A stretch of DNA of 64,000 nucleotides from an uncultured Methanosarcinales archaeon (GCA_964566535.1 CAZMIO010000001.1:62001-126000); one strand, 5' to 3'; shown: positions 20,189 to 30,454, counted from the stretch's first letter. Made by a program: numbers and translations. The notes: a model not told the origin generated them from the letters alone.

Positions 20189-20355
20189 TCAAATCACCTC
20201 GTGAGTTTCTTTTTTGTGGAGGTAGAATATAAAGCTTTCGGTTATTAGTAGTTGAACAATTACGACTTCTCGATGAGAAAAATGGATTTTTGGTGATTAG
20301 TCTATTCCACTTAGGCGGATAATGAGAAAACTTTATATAAAAATCAATTATCTTT

Positions 20356-21243
20356 ATGACTATGGGGAACATAGAAGAGTACAAGAAAGCAGGTAAGATT
20401 GCAGCTGAAGCTTTAGCATTTGGTAAAGGTTTAATTGTTAAGGGTGGCTCAGTTCTAGATTTATGTAATAAAGTTGAGGAGAAGGTTTTTGAACTTGGTG
20501 GGGAACTTGCTTTTCCTGCACAGATTTCTATGAATGATATTGCAGCTCACTTTTGTCCAGAAGATGATGATGAATTGAAGTTTAACGATGAGCTAGTTAG
20601 TTTAGATGTTGGCGTTCATGTTAATGGTTTTATTGGAGACAATGCAGTTACGGTCGATTTGTCTGGAAAGAATTCTGATTTGGTTAAAGCTTCTAGGGAA
20701 GCACTTGAGAACGCACTTAAGGTTGTTAAGGTAGGTGTTCCTTTGAATGAGATTGGTAAGGTTATTGAAGAGACGATTAAAGGTTTTGGTTTTTCGCCTG
20801 TTAAGAATCTGTCTGGTCACGGTTTAGGAGAATTTGATGTTCATTGTAGGCCTACTGTACCCAACTTTGATAATGGTGATACAACTAAGTTAGAGAAAGG
20901 ACAAGTAATTGCAATTGAGCCTTTTGCTACAACTGGTGGTGGGCTAATAGCAGAGAAAGGAGATGCTTCTGTTTTTAATTTACTTGGGAAGAAACCTGTT
21001 AGGATTGGTTTTGTAAGGGAAATTATGAAACAGATTGAGAGATTTAATGGGTTACCTTTTACTACAAGGTGGTTGACTAAGAACTTTTCTGAATCGCAAG
21101 TTAATTATGCTTTGAATCAGTTTAAGTTGCTTGGGATATTGAAAGAGTATCCTCCGCTTGTTGAGAAACAGAATGGATTGGTTAGTCAGGCAGAACATTC
21201 TGTTATTGTTGATGATGAGATTTTAGTTATTACTAATGTTTGA
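20356..21243 (+). CDS. map: Type II methionine aminopeptidase
   Basis: NDIAAHF, DVGVHVNGFIGDNA, NLSGHG, AIEPFAT, SQAEHS. Confidence 0.96.
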   Translation: MTMGNIEEYKKAGKIAAEALAFGKGLIVKGGSVLDLCNKVEEKVFELGGELAFPAQISMNDIAAHFCPEDDDELKFNDELVSLDVGVHVNGFIGDNAVTVDLSGKNSDLVKASREALENALKVVKVGVPLNEIGKVIEETIKGFGFSPVKNLSGHGLGEFDVHCRPTVPNFDNGDTTKLEKGQVIAIEPFATTGGGLIAEKGDASVFNLLGKKPVRIGFVREIMKQIERFNGLPFTTRWLTKNFSESQVNYALNQFKLLGILKEYPPLVEKQNGLVSQAEHSVIVDDEILVITNV

Positions 21244-21585
21244 TTATTGGGATAAATATTTACCAATTTCACTGCCAACTATAAATTCTACGGCTGTTAA
21301 GCCTGCTTGAATGGCACAACCTGCGAAATGATAATCTCTTCTTCCTAGTGGATCATGTACTCCATGTTCGTCAGCAATAATGTCAGCATGATGAGATCCA
21401 TACCATACTTTATATGCTGTTATTGCTACTATTGGGATTGCAAGTAATTCAACATCAAAATTATCGGCTCTCATAGCTTCGGTTAGGGTTCCAAGTGCGA
21501 CCATTGTCAGTTCTGCTGTTATTGCAGTAGCTAAATCCCATTTGTCCATCTTCCTTATGATCCTTACTAAACCTTTTTCTTCCAT
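21244..21585 (-). CDS. Hypothetical membrane protein
   Basis: 113-aa ORF with hydrophobic segments; TATA box upstream. Confidence 0.55.
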   Translation of the reverse strand: MEEKGLVRIIRKMDKWDLATAITAELTMVALGTLTEAMRADNFDVELLAIPIVAITAYKVWYGSHHADIIADEHGVHDPLGRRDYHFAGCAIQAGLTAVEFIVGSEIGKYLSQ

Positions 21586-21664
21586 AGGAAAAGGTAGTAT
21601 AAATTGATTTAATAATATTATGATTAAGGAAAGTTTTAAAAGGTTCTTTGTTTTATTTATTCTT

Positions 21665-22210
21665 ATGGCGCATGAATATTTACTTCCGTTTTTTGCTATA
21701 TTGTTAGCTGAGTTAGGGGATAAGACTCAATTGGCTGTGTTTTGCTTAGCTTCTAAGACGAAGAAATACGTTCAGTTGTTGATTGGTGTTATGCTTGCTT
21801 TTATTGTTGCAGATGGGTTGGCTATATTGTTTGGTGACTTTATTTCTAATTATATTCCTCTCTCTTTTATTAAGATTGGTTGTGGTGTTGTGTTTATTGT
21901 TGTTGGAATTGTGTTTTTGTTGAAGGATAAAGAAGGGGAAACTACTTGTGAGCTTAAAACACCCCTTGGTTCTGGTTTTGGTTTGGTATTGATTTCTGAG
22001 ATGGGTGATAAGACCCAGATTGCATCTGCACTTTTTGCAACAAGGTATAATCCTTGGATTGTGTTTTTTAGTGTAATTTTGGCTTTGTTCTTGATTTCGG
22101 TTTTGGCTGTGTTTTTTGGTAAGTTTATTATGGATAGGGTTGATAGAAGAATTGTTTCTAAGGTTTCTGGAATATTGTTTGTTATCATTGGAATAGTGTG
22201 TTTCTTTTAG
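21665..22210 (+). CDS. UPF0016/GDT1 (TMEM165) Mn2+/Ca2+ transporter
   Basis: Two ExGDKTQ motifs (AELGDKTQ, SEMGDKTQ); start placed at the ATG ~25 nt after the TATA box. Confidence 0.92.
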   Translation: MAHEYLLPFFAILLAELGDKTQLAVFCLASKTKKYVQLLIGVMLAFIVADGLAILFGDFISNYIPLSFIKIGCGVVFIVVGIVFLLKDKEGETTCELKTPLGSGFGLVLISEMGDKTQIASALFATRYNPWIVFFSVILALFLISVLAVFFGKFIMDRVDRRIVSKVSGILFVIIGIVCFF

Positions 22211-22279
22211 TGTTTGTTACTACTTTTAAGGAGTTCTAAATAGAAAGATTTAAAAAGGGCTGTTTTTTAGCTTATTTGT

Positions 22280-23176
22280 ATGGTAGATGATGAACTATAC
22301 TTTAGGTTAACTAGACCTGGATTTGATGAAATTAGGGAGTTTTCTTTAGATACTAGTGTATTAGAAGCGGAGATTACTGCACAGACTGGTTATGGTTTAG
22401 ACCCTCAAATTGGGCCTGTTGCATGGTCAGATGGTTCTGATTTAGAGAGATATGAAGATTTAGTTCCCGAATTTGCTAAAGCGGAATCTATATCGCCTAA
22501 TCGTATTAAGGTAGGATTTCATACTATTGACTTACAGAGAATGGTTGAAGAACATGAAGATGAATTAGCACCTCATGCAATGGAAGTTAGAAATGTTAAA
22601 GAACTTGAAGATCATATGTTAAAGGCATACCAAGTTGCATATGCTAATTATGTGCGTGGAAAGAGAAACTATGGCAGTAGTTTTCCAGATAAAAGTTGTG
22701 GAATCTCATCAAGTAATGTAATGTTATCTCTTATCGAGCTAGGGTATACGAATGCATTATTTGTGGCAAACTCAGAATATGATCATTCTTATGTTGTGCT
22801 TCCTTTTGTTATGAAGGATTCTGGCTATAAAGGAGTGATTGTTGTTGATCCTGCTTCAGAACAGTTGTGGTCAGAAGAATCTGGGAAACCAAGAAATGCA
22901 GTATTTGTTAGAGAAGGTAGTGATTGGGATTACAAAACAATGTGGGCTGGTGAGGGCCAAGAATTAGAGACTGATGAAGGGCAAAGAAGGAACTTATTCC
23001 CAGAGACTTTTGTTGGACTTAAAGATGTTGGAAGATATTTGGATGAAGAAGATTTGGACCCTTTTGAAAAATTAATTATTACAAAAATGGCTGATGAGTA
23101 TGGGGGCGAAGTTGAGCCATTAGAAGCTGCATATGATAATCCAGTAAGACTGAGGAATCTTCATGACGCGAGATAA
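22280..23176 (+). CDS. Putative Cys-His-Asp (transglutaminase/papain-like) enzyme, paralog 1
   Basis: FPDKSCGISS, YDHSYVV, VVDPASEQLW; colinear with the next two ORFs. Confidence 0.65.
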   Translation: MVDDELYFRLTRPGFDEIREFSLDTSVLEAEITAQTGYGLDPQIGPVAWSDGSDLERYEDLVPEFAKAESISPNRIKVGFHTIDLQRMVEEHEDELAPHAMEVRNVKELEDHMLKAYQVAYANYVRGKRNYGSSFPDKSCGISSSNVMLSLIELGYTNALFVANSEYDHSYVVLPFVMKDSGYKGVIVVDPASEQLWSEESGKPRNAVFVREGSDWDYKTMWAGEGQELETDEGQRRNLFPETFVGLKDVGRYLDEEDLDPFEKLIITKMADEYGGEVEPLEAAYDNPVRLRNLHDAR

Positions 23177-24097
23177 TTTGTTTTTTGATTTGAGTGGAAT
23201 TGGATTAGATGGAGTTAGAGAGAGATGTCTTTAGTTCCAGGTATGCTGGAGAAAGAGATTGCTAGGCTGAATGGTGGGTTGAATTTGGGTTCTCAAGAAA
23301 GTGTTGATGGTATGAGCAGAGAAGATGAAGAGCATTATGGGAGGTTGATTCCGTTTTTTAGTGAAGGAGTATATCCCATGAGGGCACTTCATGAATTAGT
23401 TCAAACTAGTCCAGCTATTGATGTTCCGCATGCTATGTTAGTTAATGATGTGGCTGAGTTAGAAGGGCATATGTTAAAAGCATACCAGGTTGCTTATGCG
23501 CACTATGCGCTTGCGAAGAAAGATGGAGATCTTGATGGGTTTCCTTATTCGTTTTGCGGTTTATCAGCCGGTAATGTTGTACTTTCATTGTTTGCACATG
23601 GTTATACTAATGCTGCTTTTGCAGAGAGTAAGACAGGTGGACATTGTTACCCTGTTTTGCCCTTTGTTATGGGTGATGGTAGTGGAGTTAATGGTGTAAT
23701 TGGTATTGATCCAACATCAGATCAATTGTGGAAAAGAATAACAGATGATGAGCTTGCTGAATTTGCTTCTGATGGTCAAATTCCTCCAACTTCTGATGAA
23801 TTATGGGGACCAATTGAAAGTTATGAAGAAATACCAGGACCGAGAAATGCTGTTTTTATAGCTCAGGGAGATGATTGGGTGTATGATGCGACATGGAGAG
23901 AAGGAGAGAATCTTTTTCCAGACTTTGTTACTGGTTATGCTGCACTTAGAGAATTTGTTTTGGATAGAGATAGGTGGCAATGGTCCCCTCTTGCAGTTTT
24001 TAAGGATATTCGACACAATGGAGCTTTTGAGGGTGGTGAAAAGTATCTTCAAGCTGCGTATGGCAATCAAGTAAGATTAGGTGAGATTAATGGTTGA
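23163..24097 (+). CDS. Putative Cys-His-Asp enzyme, paralog 2; N-terminus out of frame at an (AG)4 tract (open ORF 23225-24097)
   Basis: [27 protein letters not shown]; homologous N-terminus MTRDNLFFDLSGIGLDGVRE starts at 23163 in another frame. Confidence 0.65.
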
Positions 24098-24914
24098 AGA
24101 TAGTTTATTTTTTGATTTATCAAGGATTGGACTAGATGAAGTTAGGCCTGTTTCTTTAGTTACAAGTACGTTGGAGGAGGAGGTTGCTGGGCAGAATGGA
24201 AACTTAGATTTGGGTTCTAGAACCAGTGTCCTAGGTATGGATCCAGATGATGAAAGACATTATAATGAAATGGTACCATTTTACTACAGTTGGGGAAGTT
24301 TACCTATTGATCGGCTCGTAGAATTAATTGAGAAGAATGAAGATAAATTAGATCCTCACTCAATGTTAGTAGAAGGTGTTGAAGAGTTAGAAGAACATAT
24401 GTTGAGAATTTATCAAACTGCATATGCACATTATGCTCTTGGACTAAAATCTAATATCAAAGGAACATTTCCTGATGAATGTTGTGGTATATCTGCTAAT
24501 AATCTTGCTGTTTCATTGATGGACCATGGGTACACAAATGCAGTTTATATACATAATGGTCTTTATGATCATTGTTATGTTGTTGTTCCTTTTGTTATGA
24601 AAGATGGTAGCTTTAAAGGGTCAATTATAGTTGATCCTACATCTGATCAACTTTGGTCTAAGTTGAATAAACAACCTAAAAATGCTGTTTTTGTAGTTCC
24701 GGAAAAAGGGTGGGAATATCGTACTAATTGGAGGTCTGGCAGTGACCTTGTACCTCAAGATGTTGTTTCACTTGGTTTGATAAATGAATACATTAAAGGG
24801 AAAAAAACCGGAACTGTTTTTTCAACGGATGTTGCTAAGTCTTATCTTGCTCCAAATGCTCGTGAATATTTTGAAGCTGCTTTTGCTAATCCAATGAGAT
24901 TAGATGCCGCTTAA
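24090..24914 (+). CDS. Putative Cys-His-Asp enzyme, paralog 3
   Basis: [27 protein letters not shown]; start MVEDSLFF matches paralog 1 MVDDELYF. Confidence 0.65.
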   Translation: MVEDSLFFDLSRIGLDEVRPVSLVTSTLEEEVAGQNGNLDLGSRTSVLGMDPDDERHYNEMVPFYYSWGSLPIDRLVELIEKNEDKLDPHSMLVEGVEELEEHMLRIYQTAYAHYALGLKSNIKGTFPDECCGISANNLAVSLMDHGYTNAVYIHNGLYDHCYVVVPFVMKDGSFKGSIIVDPTSDQLWSKLNKQPKNAVFVVPEKGWEYRTNWRSGSDLVPQDVVSLGLINEYIKGKKTGTVFSTDVAKSYLAPNAREYFEAAFANPMRLDAA

Positions 24915-24958
24915 CAAAAGGTTTAAAAGGTATGAAAACCTCCTTTTTATTATTGAAA

Positions 24959-25336
24959 ATGATAGAATTAGACTTTAAGAAACAAAACGGAATGGTTCCT
25001 GCTATTGTGCAGGATGTAAAAACCGGTCAAGTGCTGATGCTTGCTTATATGAATGAGGAAGCATGGCAGAATACTTTAGAGACTGGTAAGGCTCACTATT
25101 ACAGTAGATCAAGGAATAAGCAATGGATGAAGGGAGAAGAATCTGGTAATATTCAGTTAGTTAAGGAAGTTTTTGTTGATTGTGATGAAGATACTGTTTT
25201 ACTTAAAGTAGAACAAGTTGGAGATGCTGCTTGTCACAAAGGTTTTGAATCATGTTTTTTCAGGAAAGTTTCAGACGGTAAAGTTGAGGAAGTTGGGAGA
25301 AAGGTTTTTAATCCAGAAGAGGTTTATAAGAAGTAA
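24959..25336 (+). CDS. hisI: Phosphoribosyl-AMP cyclohydrolase
   Basis: [35 protein letters not shown]. Confidence 0.95.
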   Translation: MIELDFKKQNGMVPAIVQDVKTGQVLMLAYMNEEAWQNTLETGKAHYYSRSRNKQWMKGEESGNIQLVKEVFVDCDEDTVLLKVEQVGDAACHKGFESCFFRKVSDGKVEEVGRKVFNPEEVYKK

Positions 25337-25337
25337 A

Positions 25338-26216
25338 ATGGCTGAAAAAATATTAAAATTAGGAATTCCAAAAGGTTCTTTACAAGAATCTACTATCCGG
25401 ATGTTTAAGAAAGCAGGCTTTAACATTACAGTACCTGAAAGGTCATATTTTCCAGACATAGATGATCCTGAGATTGAGTGTATGTTAATTCGAGCTCAAG
25501 AGATGGCAAGGTATGTTGAGGATGGCATACTAGACTGTGGGCTAACTGGAAAAGATTGGGTTGAGGAGAATCGAGCTGATGTTCGGGAAGTTGCTAACTT
25601 AGTTTATGCTAAGCAAGGTTTACGAAAAGTTAAATGGGTACTTGCTGTTCCTAATGATTCTGATATTAAGTCAGTTAAGGACCTAGAAGGTAAAAGGATT
25701 GCAACAGAAGCTGTTAATATTGCTAAGGATTATCTTGAGAAGAATGGAGTTAAGGCCGAGGTTGAGTTTTCATGGGGAGCTACTGAAGTTAAACCTCCAA
25801 AATTAGCTGATGCTATTGTTGAGATTACTGAGACTGGTTCTTCGTTAAGAGCTAATAATCTTCGAATTGTTGAGACTATATTAGAGTCAACAACTCGGTT
25901 TATTTCAAATAAAGATGCATGGTATGATTCTTGGAAGCAGAAGAAGATGAGTCAGATTGCTATGTTGTTAAAAGGTGCGATTGATGCTGAAGGTAAGGTT
26001 GGGATGATGTTGAACATTAAGGAAGAGAAGCTAGAGGGTATTTTGAAGGTGCTTCCTGCTTTACAGAAACCAACAGTTTCTAACTTGAGTGAGAAAGGAT
26101 GGCTTGCTATTAATACTATACTTGATGAGAATATTGTAAAGAGCATAATTCCTAAGTTGAAGGATGCAGGGGCTACTGGAATTGTTGAGTATCCGCTGAA
26201 TAAGATTATTTTGTAA
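25338..26216 (+). CDS. hisG: ATP phosphoribosyltransferase (long form)
   Basis: [33 protein letters not shown]-terminal regulatory domain. Confidence 0.96.
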   Translation: MAEKILKLGIPKGSLQESTIRMFKKAGFNITVPERSYFPDIDDPEIECMLIRAQEMARYVEDGILDCGLTGKDWVEENRADVREVANLVYAKQGLRKVKWVLAVPNDSDIKSVKDLEGKRIATEAVNIAKDYLEKNGVKAEVEFSWGATEVKPPKLADAIVEITETGSSLRANNLRIVETILESTTRFISNKDAWYDSWKQKKMSQIAMLLKGAIDAEGKVGMMLNIKEEKLEGILKVLPALQKPTVSNLSEKGWLAINTILDENIVKSIIPKLKDAGATGIVEYPLNKIIL

Positions 26217-26643
26217 CTAAGAATTCTACTTCATCGTCTAAAGTGTGAGATGTTAGGTGACCTGTTATGTTTGTGACTTGTAGTTGATGGATGTCTGGAT
26301 GAGAGTTAGCATACTCTAAGTCTGCTGGGTAATAGAAACCATCTCTTTCGCTGTAATGATATGTTTGGCCTAAGTATAATAGTGATGGTCTATCACCGTG
26401 GTTGTGGTCTAGATGTACTAACGCTGCTGAGAATAGTGTACCGTCTTTTGTTTTTTCTAATGTGAATGTGTAATGGACTATTTGTTCGCTCTCAATGAAT
26501 CTTAATGTTCTTGGATTGTGAGCTGTTAGAGCTACACTGTATTTTGGTTGCATAACAGTATCTAATGAATCTGGTGCGTCCATACAGCCTGGCGATAAAG
26601 CAATTGCTGCTGCTAATGCTAATCTTTTTATTAAATCCCCCAT
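26206..26643 (-). CDS. Hypothetical lipoprotein-like secreted protein
   Basis: [15 protein letters not shown] signal; TATA box upstream. Confidence 0.55.
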   Translation of the reverse strand: MGDLIKRLALAAAIALSPGCMDAPDSLDTVMQPKYSVALTAHNPRTLRFIESEQIVHYTFTLEKTKDGTLFSAALVHLDHNHGDRPSLLYLGQTYHYSERDGFYYPADLEYANSHPDIHQLQVTNITGHLTSHTLDDEVEFLVTK

Positions 26644-26731
26644 TAGAAAAAGGGGTGTGAATTAGTTTAAAAATGTGATTAAGAAGATTAAATAAGAATT
26701 ATTTAAATAATCTTTACAGTTCCTTAACTAA

Positions 26732-27562
26732 ATGCAAGAACCAAGTTGCGTGCAAGAAGCACGTCAAAGATCAAGTGAAGGTTATAATACGGGAAATGAT
26801 TTGACTACTGGTATTATTAGAGGACAGTATGCCCTCGATGCGTTAGAAACTTTAGTAAATCCTCCAAGTGATAGACCTTTACGTATTCTAGAAGTTGGAA
26901 TAGGGTATGAAAATGACATGTTTAAGTGTCCAAATGATTGTCCTTATGAACCATACAGAATAAGTTCGTATCTCGAATTTAGAGGTATAGATTACCAGAT
27001 GGTTATTGTGGATTTGGATGAGAGGGTTGTTGAAGATTTGAAAAGAAGAACTACAGTATATGTAAGTTCAAATCAATTAGATACTTTTAGACATAGGCCT
27101 ACATGGGAACAGTACCTTTGTTGGACAAATCAAGAAGGTAAATCCTGGACGGCATCTGTTTCAGGTCAATCTGTTAGAGGGAATGAACTAATTATATCTG
27201 ATGGTGCTCTAGCAACAGGGGATGCATATGAGTTTTTTGAAGCAGCTGCTGTTCCTTCTTCTTTTAGATCTAAGATGGATAATGGAGAAGTAGTTGTTCT
27301 GCAGGGAGATGTTGCAACTGTTGATTTATCTGGGTATGATCCTTTTGATATGGTAGTATGCATGAACGTTCTATATCAGCTAGATAAAGATGGGCAAACA
27401 TTAGCATTATATAATATGGCCCGCGCACTTTCGATAGGAGGAGTATTAGTTATAGATAACTACGATTCAGAAGAGTTGATGAGAGAGTTAGGATTTCGTG
27501 TACAACACACTTTTCAAAAAGATAGGGCAACACATACTGTGGCCCTAAGAAGGTTTTTATAA
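26732..27562 (+). CDS. Class I SAM-dependent methyltransferase (CheR-like C-terminus)
   Basis: ILEVGIG, VDLD, QGDV, FDMVVCMNVLYQ, L..GGVLVI. Confidence 0.75.
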   Translation: MQEPSCVQEARQRSSEGYNTGNDLTTGIIRGQYALDALETLVNPPSDRPLRILEVGIGYENDMFKCPNDCPYEPYRISSYLEFRGIDYQMVIVDLDERVVEDLKRRTTVYVSSNQLDTFRHRPTWEQYLCWTNQEGKSWTASVSGQSVRGNELIISDGALATGDAYEFFEAAAVPSSFRSKMDNGEVVVLQGDVATVDLSGYDPFDMVVCMNVLYQLDKDGQTLALYNMARALSIGGVLVIDNYDSEELMRELGFRVQHTFQKDRATHTVALRRFL

Positions 27563-29002
27563 CTTAACTTCCTCTTCTTTTCCTGTTTTCATGTCTTTTA
27601 TTTTGTAGGAGCCTTGCTTGATTTCGTTTTCTCCTAAGACTATTGTTTTCTTTGCTTTGATTGAGTTTGCGTACTTGAACTGGTTTCTTAGGTTACGTTC
27701 TGAGAGATCAACATCTACTCTGTTTTTTTCTCTTAGTTTTGTTGCTAACTCTAGTGCTTGTTGTTTTACATCTCCAATTGTGATTATGTAGATGTCTGGA
27801 GCTAGGTTTATTTTTGGTAAGAGGTCTTTTTCTTTAAGTAAGAGAGTTAGAGTTGAGTAGCCTAATCCGAATCCAGTTGCTGCTGTTGGTTCTCCTTTGA
27901 ACTGCTCTACCATTTTATCGTAACGGCCTCCTCCTGCGATTGCTCTGAACTTTTCTTCTTTGTCAAAACATTCGAAAACGGTTCCAGTGTAGTATGCTAA
28001 GCCTCTTGCAGTTGAGAGATCGACTTGGATGAATTCTTTTCTGCTCTTTAGAAGGTTTAGGATTGCTTTTATTTCATTTAATCCGTTTTCTGCTTCTTCG
28101 TTTAAGTCAGATGTCTTTATTTCTTTGATATTTGTTATGTTTAGTGTGGATGTGATCTTAGCTATCTTTTCATCGTCTAAGTCTAGCTTTTTTAGTTCGT
28201 TTAGAAATTCAATGTCTGATAATTTTGATCTTTTGTCTATTATTCTTATTACATCATTTATTATGTCCTTGTTTACTATGTCTAATAGTAGTCCTTCTAG
28301 GAGCTTTCTGTTGTTTATTTTGATGAAAAAATCTTTGCTTGTTAATCCTAGGCTTTGTAGTGAGTCTATTAATAGGTTTAGGATTTCAGCATCTGCCTCT
28401 GGTTTGTCTGAGCCGAACAATTCAACGCCGTATTGGTAGAACTCTCTTAGTCTTCCTGTTTGTGGACGTTCATAACGCCACATTCTGGTTAAGTAGAACC
28501 ACTTTACTGGTTTTGGGAGCTCTTTTTGCTTTTCGATGAACATTCTTGTAGCTGATACTGTTATGTCAAACCTTAAGCCTAGCTCTTCACTGCCTTTTTT
28601 TTCTATTATGAAGATTTGGTCTCTTATCTCTTGGCCTTGTTTTACTGTTAGAAGGTTGGTGTTTTCGAATGCTGGGGCTTCGATTTGCTTAAAATTGTAG
28701 TTTTCAGCGGTTTTCATGAATTTCCTGAATATTGTCTTTCTTTGCTCCATATCTTCAGGGTAGAAATCTGATGTTCCTTTGGCTTTTTGGAATTGTTTGG
28801 ATACTTCTTTGTCTAGTTTTTGGATTGTTTTTTCTGTTTTCTCTGGAAGGTTCTTTATGGGGGCCTCTCTGCCGGTCACTAGACGCCTTACAGAGTCCCT
28901 AATTGCTTCAGAGATGCTAGAATACATGCCTACGTCTACTAGCATGTTTAGTTCTTGAATGAGTTCGTCAGTTAGCCTTATTTGTTTAGTTTGCATTACC
29001 AT
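27557..29002 (-). CDS. hisS: Histidine--tRNA ligase with N-terminal ribbon-helix-helix domain
   Basis: KGTSDFYP, WRYERPQTGRLREFYQ, RGLAYYTG, GGGRYD, anticodon-binding domain; extra N-terminal QIRL...LVDVGMYSSISEAIRDSVRRL. Confidence 0.95.
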   Translation of the reverse strand: MVMQTKQIRLTDELIQELNMLVDVGMYSSISEAIRDSVRRLVTGREAPIKNLPEKTEKTIQKLDKEVSKQFQKAKGTSDFYPEDMEQRKTIFRKFMKTAENYNFKQIEAPAFENTNLLTVKQGQEIRDQIFIIEKKGSEELGLRFDITVSATRMFIEKQKELPKPVKWFYLTRMWRYERPQTGRLREFYQYGVELFGSDKPEADAEILNLLIDSLQSLGLTSKDFFIKINNRKLLEGLLLDIVNKDIINDVIRIIDKRSKLSDIEFLNELKKLDLDDEKIAKITSTLNITNIKEIKTSDLNEEAENGLNEIKAILNLLKSRKEFIQVDLSTARGLAYYTGTVFECFDKEEKFRAIAGGGRYDKMVEQFKGEPTAATGFGLGYSTLTLLLKEKDLLPKINLAPDIYIITIGDVKQQALELATKLREKNRVDVDLSERNLRNQFKYANSIKAKKTIVLGENEIKQGSYKIKDMKTGKEEEVKL

Positions 29003-29021
29003 TGTAATGCTTATGTAATGC
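28993..29021. promoter_or_regulatory. Putative operator O1 overlapping the hisS start codon
   Basis: GCATTAC-CATT-GTAATGC-TTAT-GTAATGC: palindrome plus a third half-site at 11-bp spacing. Confidence 0.7.
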
Positions 29022-29078
29022 TTTAACTATATAAATATTGCGGTTTTTTGGGCTTAAGTTTGGTTGTTTTTGGTTAGT

Positions 29079-29107
29079 GCATTACTATCGTAATGCTTAC
29101 GTAATGT
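29079..29107. promoter_or_regulatory. Putative operator O2 upstream of the hisS TATA box
   Basis: GCATTAC-TATC-GTAATGC-TTAC-GTAATGT; same architecture as O1, 86 bp away. Confidence 0.7.
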
Positions 29108-29256
29108 GCTGATAATAACTGTTTAAGTCCCAGATTTATTCGTAGGATTTTGGTTGGTTTGAGGGCGTGTTTGGTAATTGCATTCAGTATCCAAATCAAC
29201 CAAAAGTTTTATATATAATCACTACTTGCTAGGTATTACATGGAGGATTGATATTA

Positions 29257-29583
29257 ATGGAATTAGGACAAACAGTTAGAAATGCAGTGCGTACAGTGGC
29301 ATTAGGAACATTAGTTGCAATTGCAGCTTGTAGTGCAACAACAAGTGGACCGGGAAATAGAGTTGGAGAAGCAGGTTTACCAGCAGCATTTAGTGGTTAT
29401 ACTTTTAAGAAAGCAGGAGATGCTCGGAGAATAAATCAATCGTTTGAGGCTCTTCAGGCTCAAGGTTATGCAAATGACGTTGGAGCATACTTAGAAGCTG
29501 TTGATAGAGCAGATGGTCAAGATGATGACCATGTTAATGCAATTTATGTAGCAAAGGTAAATAGTCAAATAGATCGAAACTAA
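29257..29583 (+). CDS. Hypothetical lipoprotein-like protein
   Basis: GGAGG Shine-Dalgarno; RTVALGTLVAIAAC signal. Confidence 0.6.
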   Translation: MELGQTVRNAVRTVALGTLVAIAACSATTSGPGNRVGEAGLPAAFSGYTFKKAGDARRINQSFEALQAQGYANDVGAYLEAVDRADGQDDDHVNAIYVAKVNSQIDRN

Positions 29584-29606
29584 AACTTTATTTTTTTATT
29601 TCTTTT

Positions 29607-30308
29607 TTAATTAGAATTAATTTGTTTTAAGTCTTTTAAATCAATCTTCTCTTTGTAAATAGCCATTCCTAGAGCAGAATTAATGTTATTTTCCTCTAAT
29701 TCTTTTATTTCTTCTAGCGTTGTTATTCCGCCTGCTGCAGTAATATCGTTAGTAGTTGAATTTCTTAGTTTTTTGAAGAAATCTAAGTTTGTTCCTTGTA
29801 ACATGCCTTCTTTGTCGACGTATGTGCATAGGAATTCGTCGCAGTAGGGTTCTAACTCTTTGATTACTTTGAATATGTTAATTCCAGTACCTTGCCTCCA
29901 GCCTTTGATTACCACTTCTTCTTTTTTTGTGTCTAGGGCTATGATTATTTTGTTTTTTCCAATTGTTTTGTTTAAATCTTTTAGAAAATCAAAATCAATG
30001 TTATTATCTTTGAAAACTGAACTGCTGATAATTACTTTTTTAGCGTCTAAATCAATTAATTCTTTTGCTTTTTCTATTGTTCTTATTCCGCCGCCAACTC
30101 TGCAATTTATTTTTTTGATTATTTCTTTGATTAGGTTGATGTTGTCTGCTTCTCCCTTAGCTGCATCTAAGTCGATTAATTGAATTTGTTTGAAAGGTTT
30201 GAATTTTTCTATTAAAGAATCAATATCTGCTTCTTCTAAGGCTTTTTTTTCTCCTTGAATTAGCTGAACTGCTTTGCCGTTCATTAAATCTATGCATGGA
30301 AATATCAT
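29607..30308 (-). CDS. hisA: ProFAR isomerase HisA
   Basis: IFPCIDLMNGKAVQL, IDLDAA, VGGGIR, DKEGMLQG, AAGGI. Confidence 0.9.
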   Translation of the reverse strand: MIFPCIDLMNGKAVQLIQGEKKALEEADIDSLIEKFKPFKQIQLIDLDAAKGEADNINLIKEIIKKINCRVGGGIRTIEKAKELIDLDAKKVIISSSVFKDNNIDFDFLKDLNKTIGKNKIIIALDTKKEEVVIKGWRQGTGINIFKVIKELEPYCDEFLCTYVDKEGMLQGTNLDFFKKLRNSTTNDITAAGGITTLEEIKELEENNINSALGMAIYKEKIDLKDLKQINSN

Positions 30309-30454
30309 TTTTGAGGTAATGTTATTGGTCCTGAACAGCCTTTTAATTCTGGTTTTAGTTTGCTTGCTGTAAAGTTTGCAGACTGCAAACTAGACTTTTC
30401 TGAATTTATATTGAAATTCGCCGGTGGTATGAAAAATGTTGTGTTAAACCACAT
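30305..30454 (-). CDS. 49-aa small ORF translationally coupled to hisA (below the ORF-track cut-off)
   Basis: MWFNTTFFIPPANF...GPITLPQK*; stop overlaps the hisA start (ATGA); TATA-like TTATTAAA ~25 nt upstream. Confidence 0.45.
   Translation of the reverse strand: MWFNTTFFIPPANFNINSEKSSLQSANFTASKLKPELKGCSGPITLPQK

Noticed and set aside
25218..25337. 40-aa N-terminal extension of HisG in the ORF track
   Set aside because: It overlaps hisI; HisG homology starts at the ATG at 25338, one base after the hisI stop
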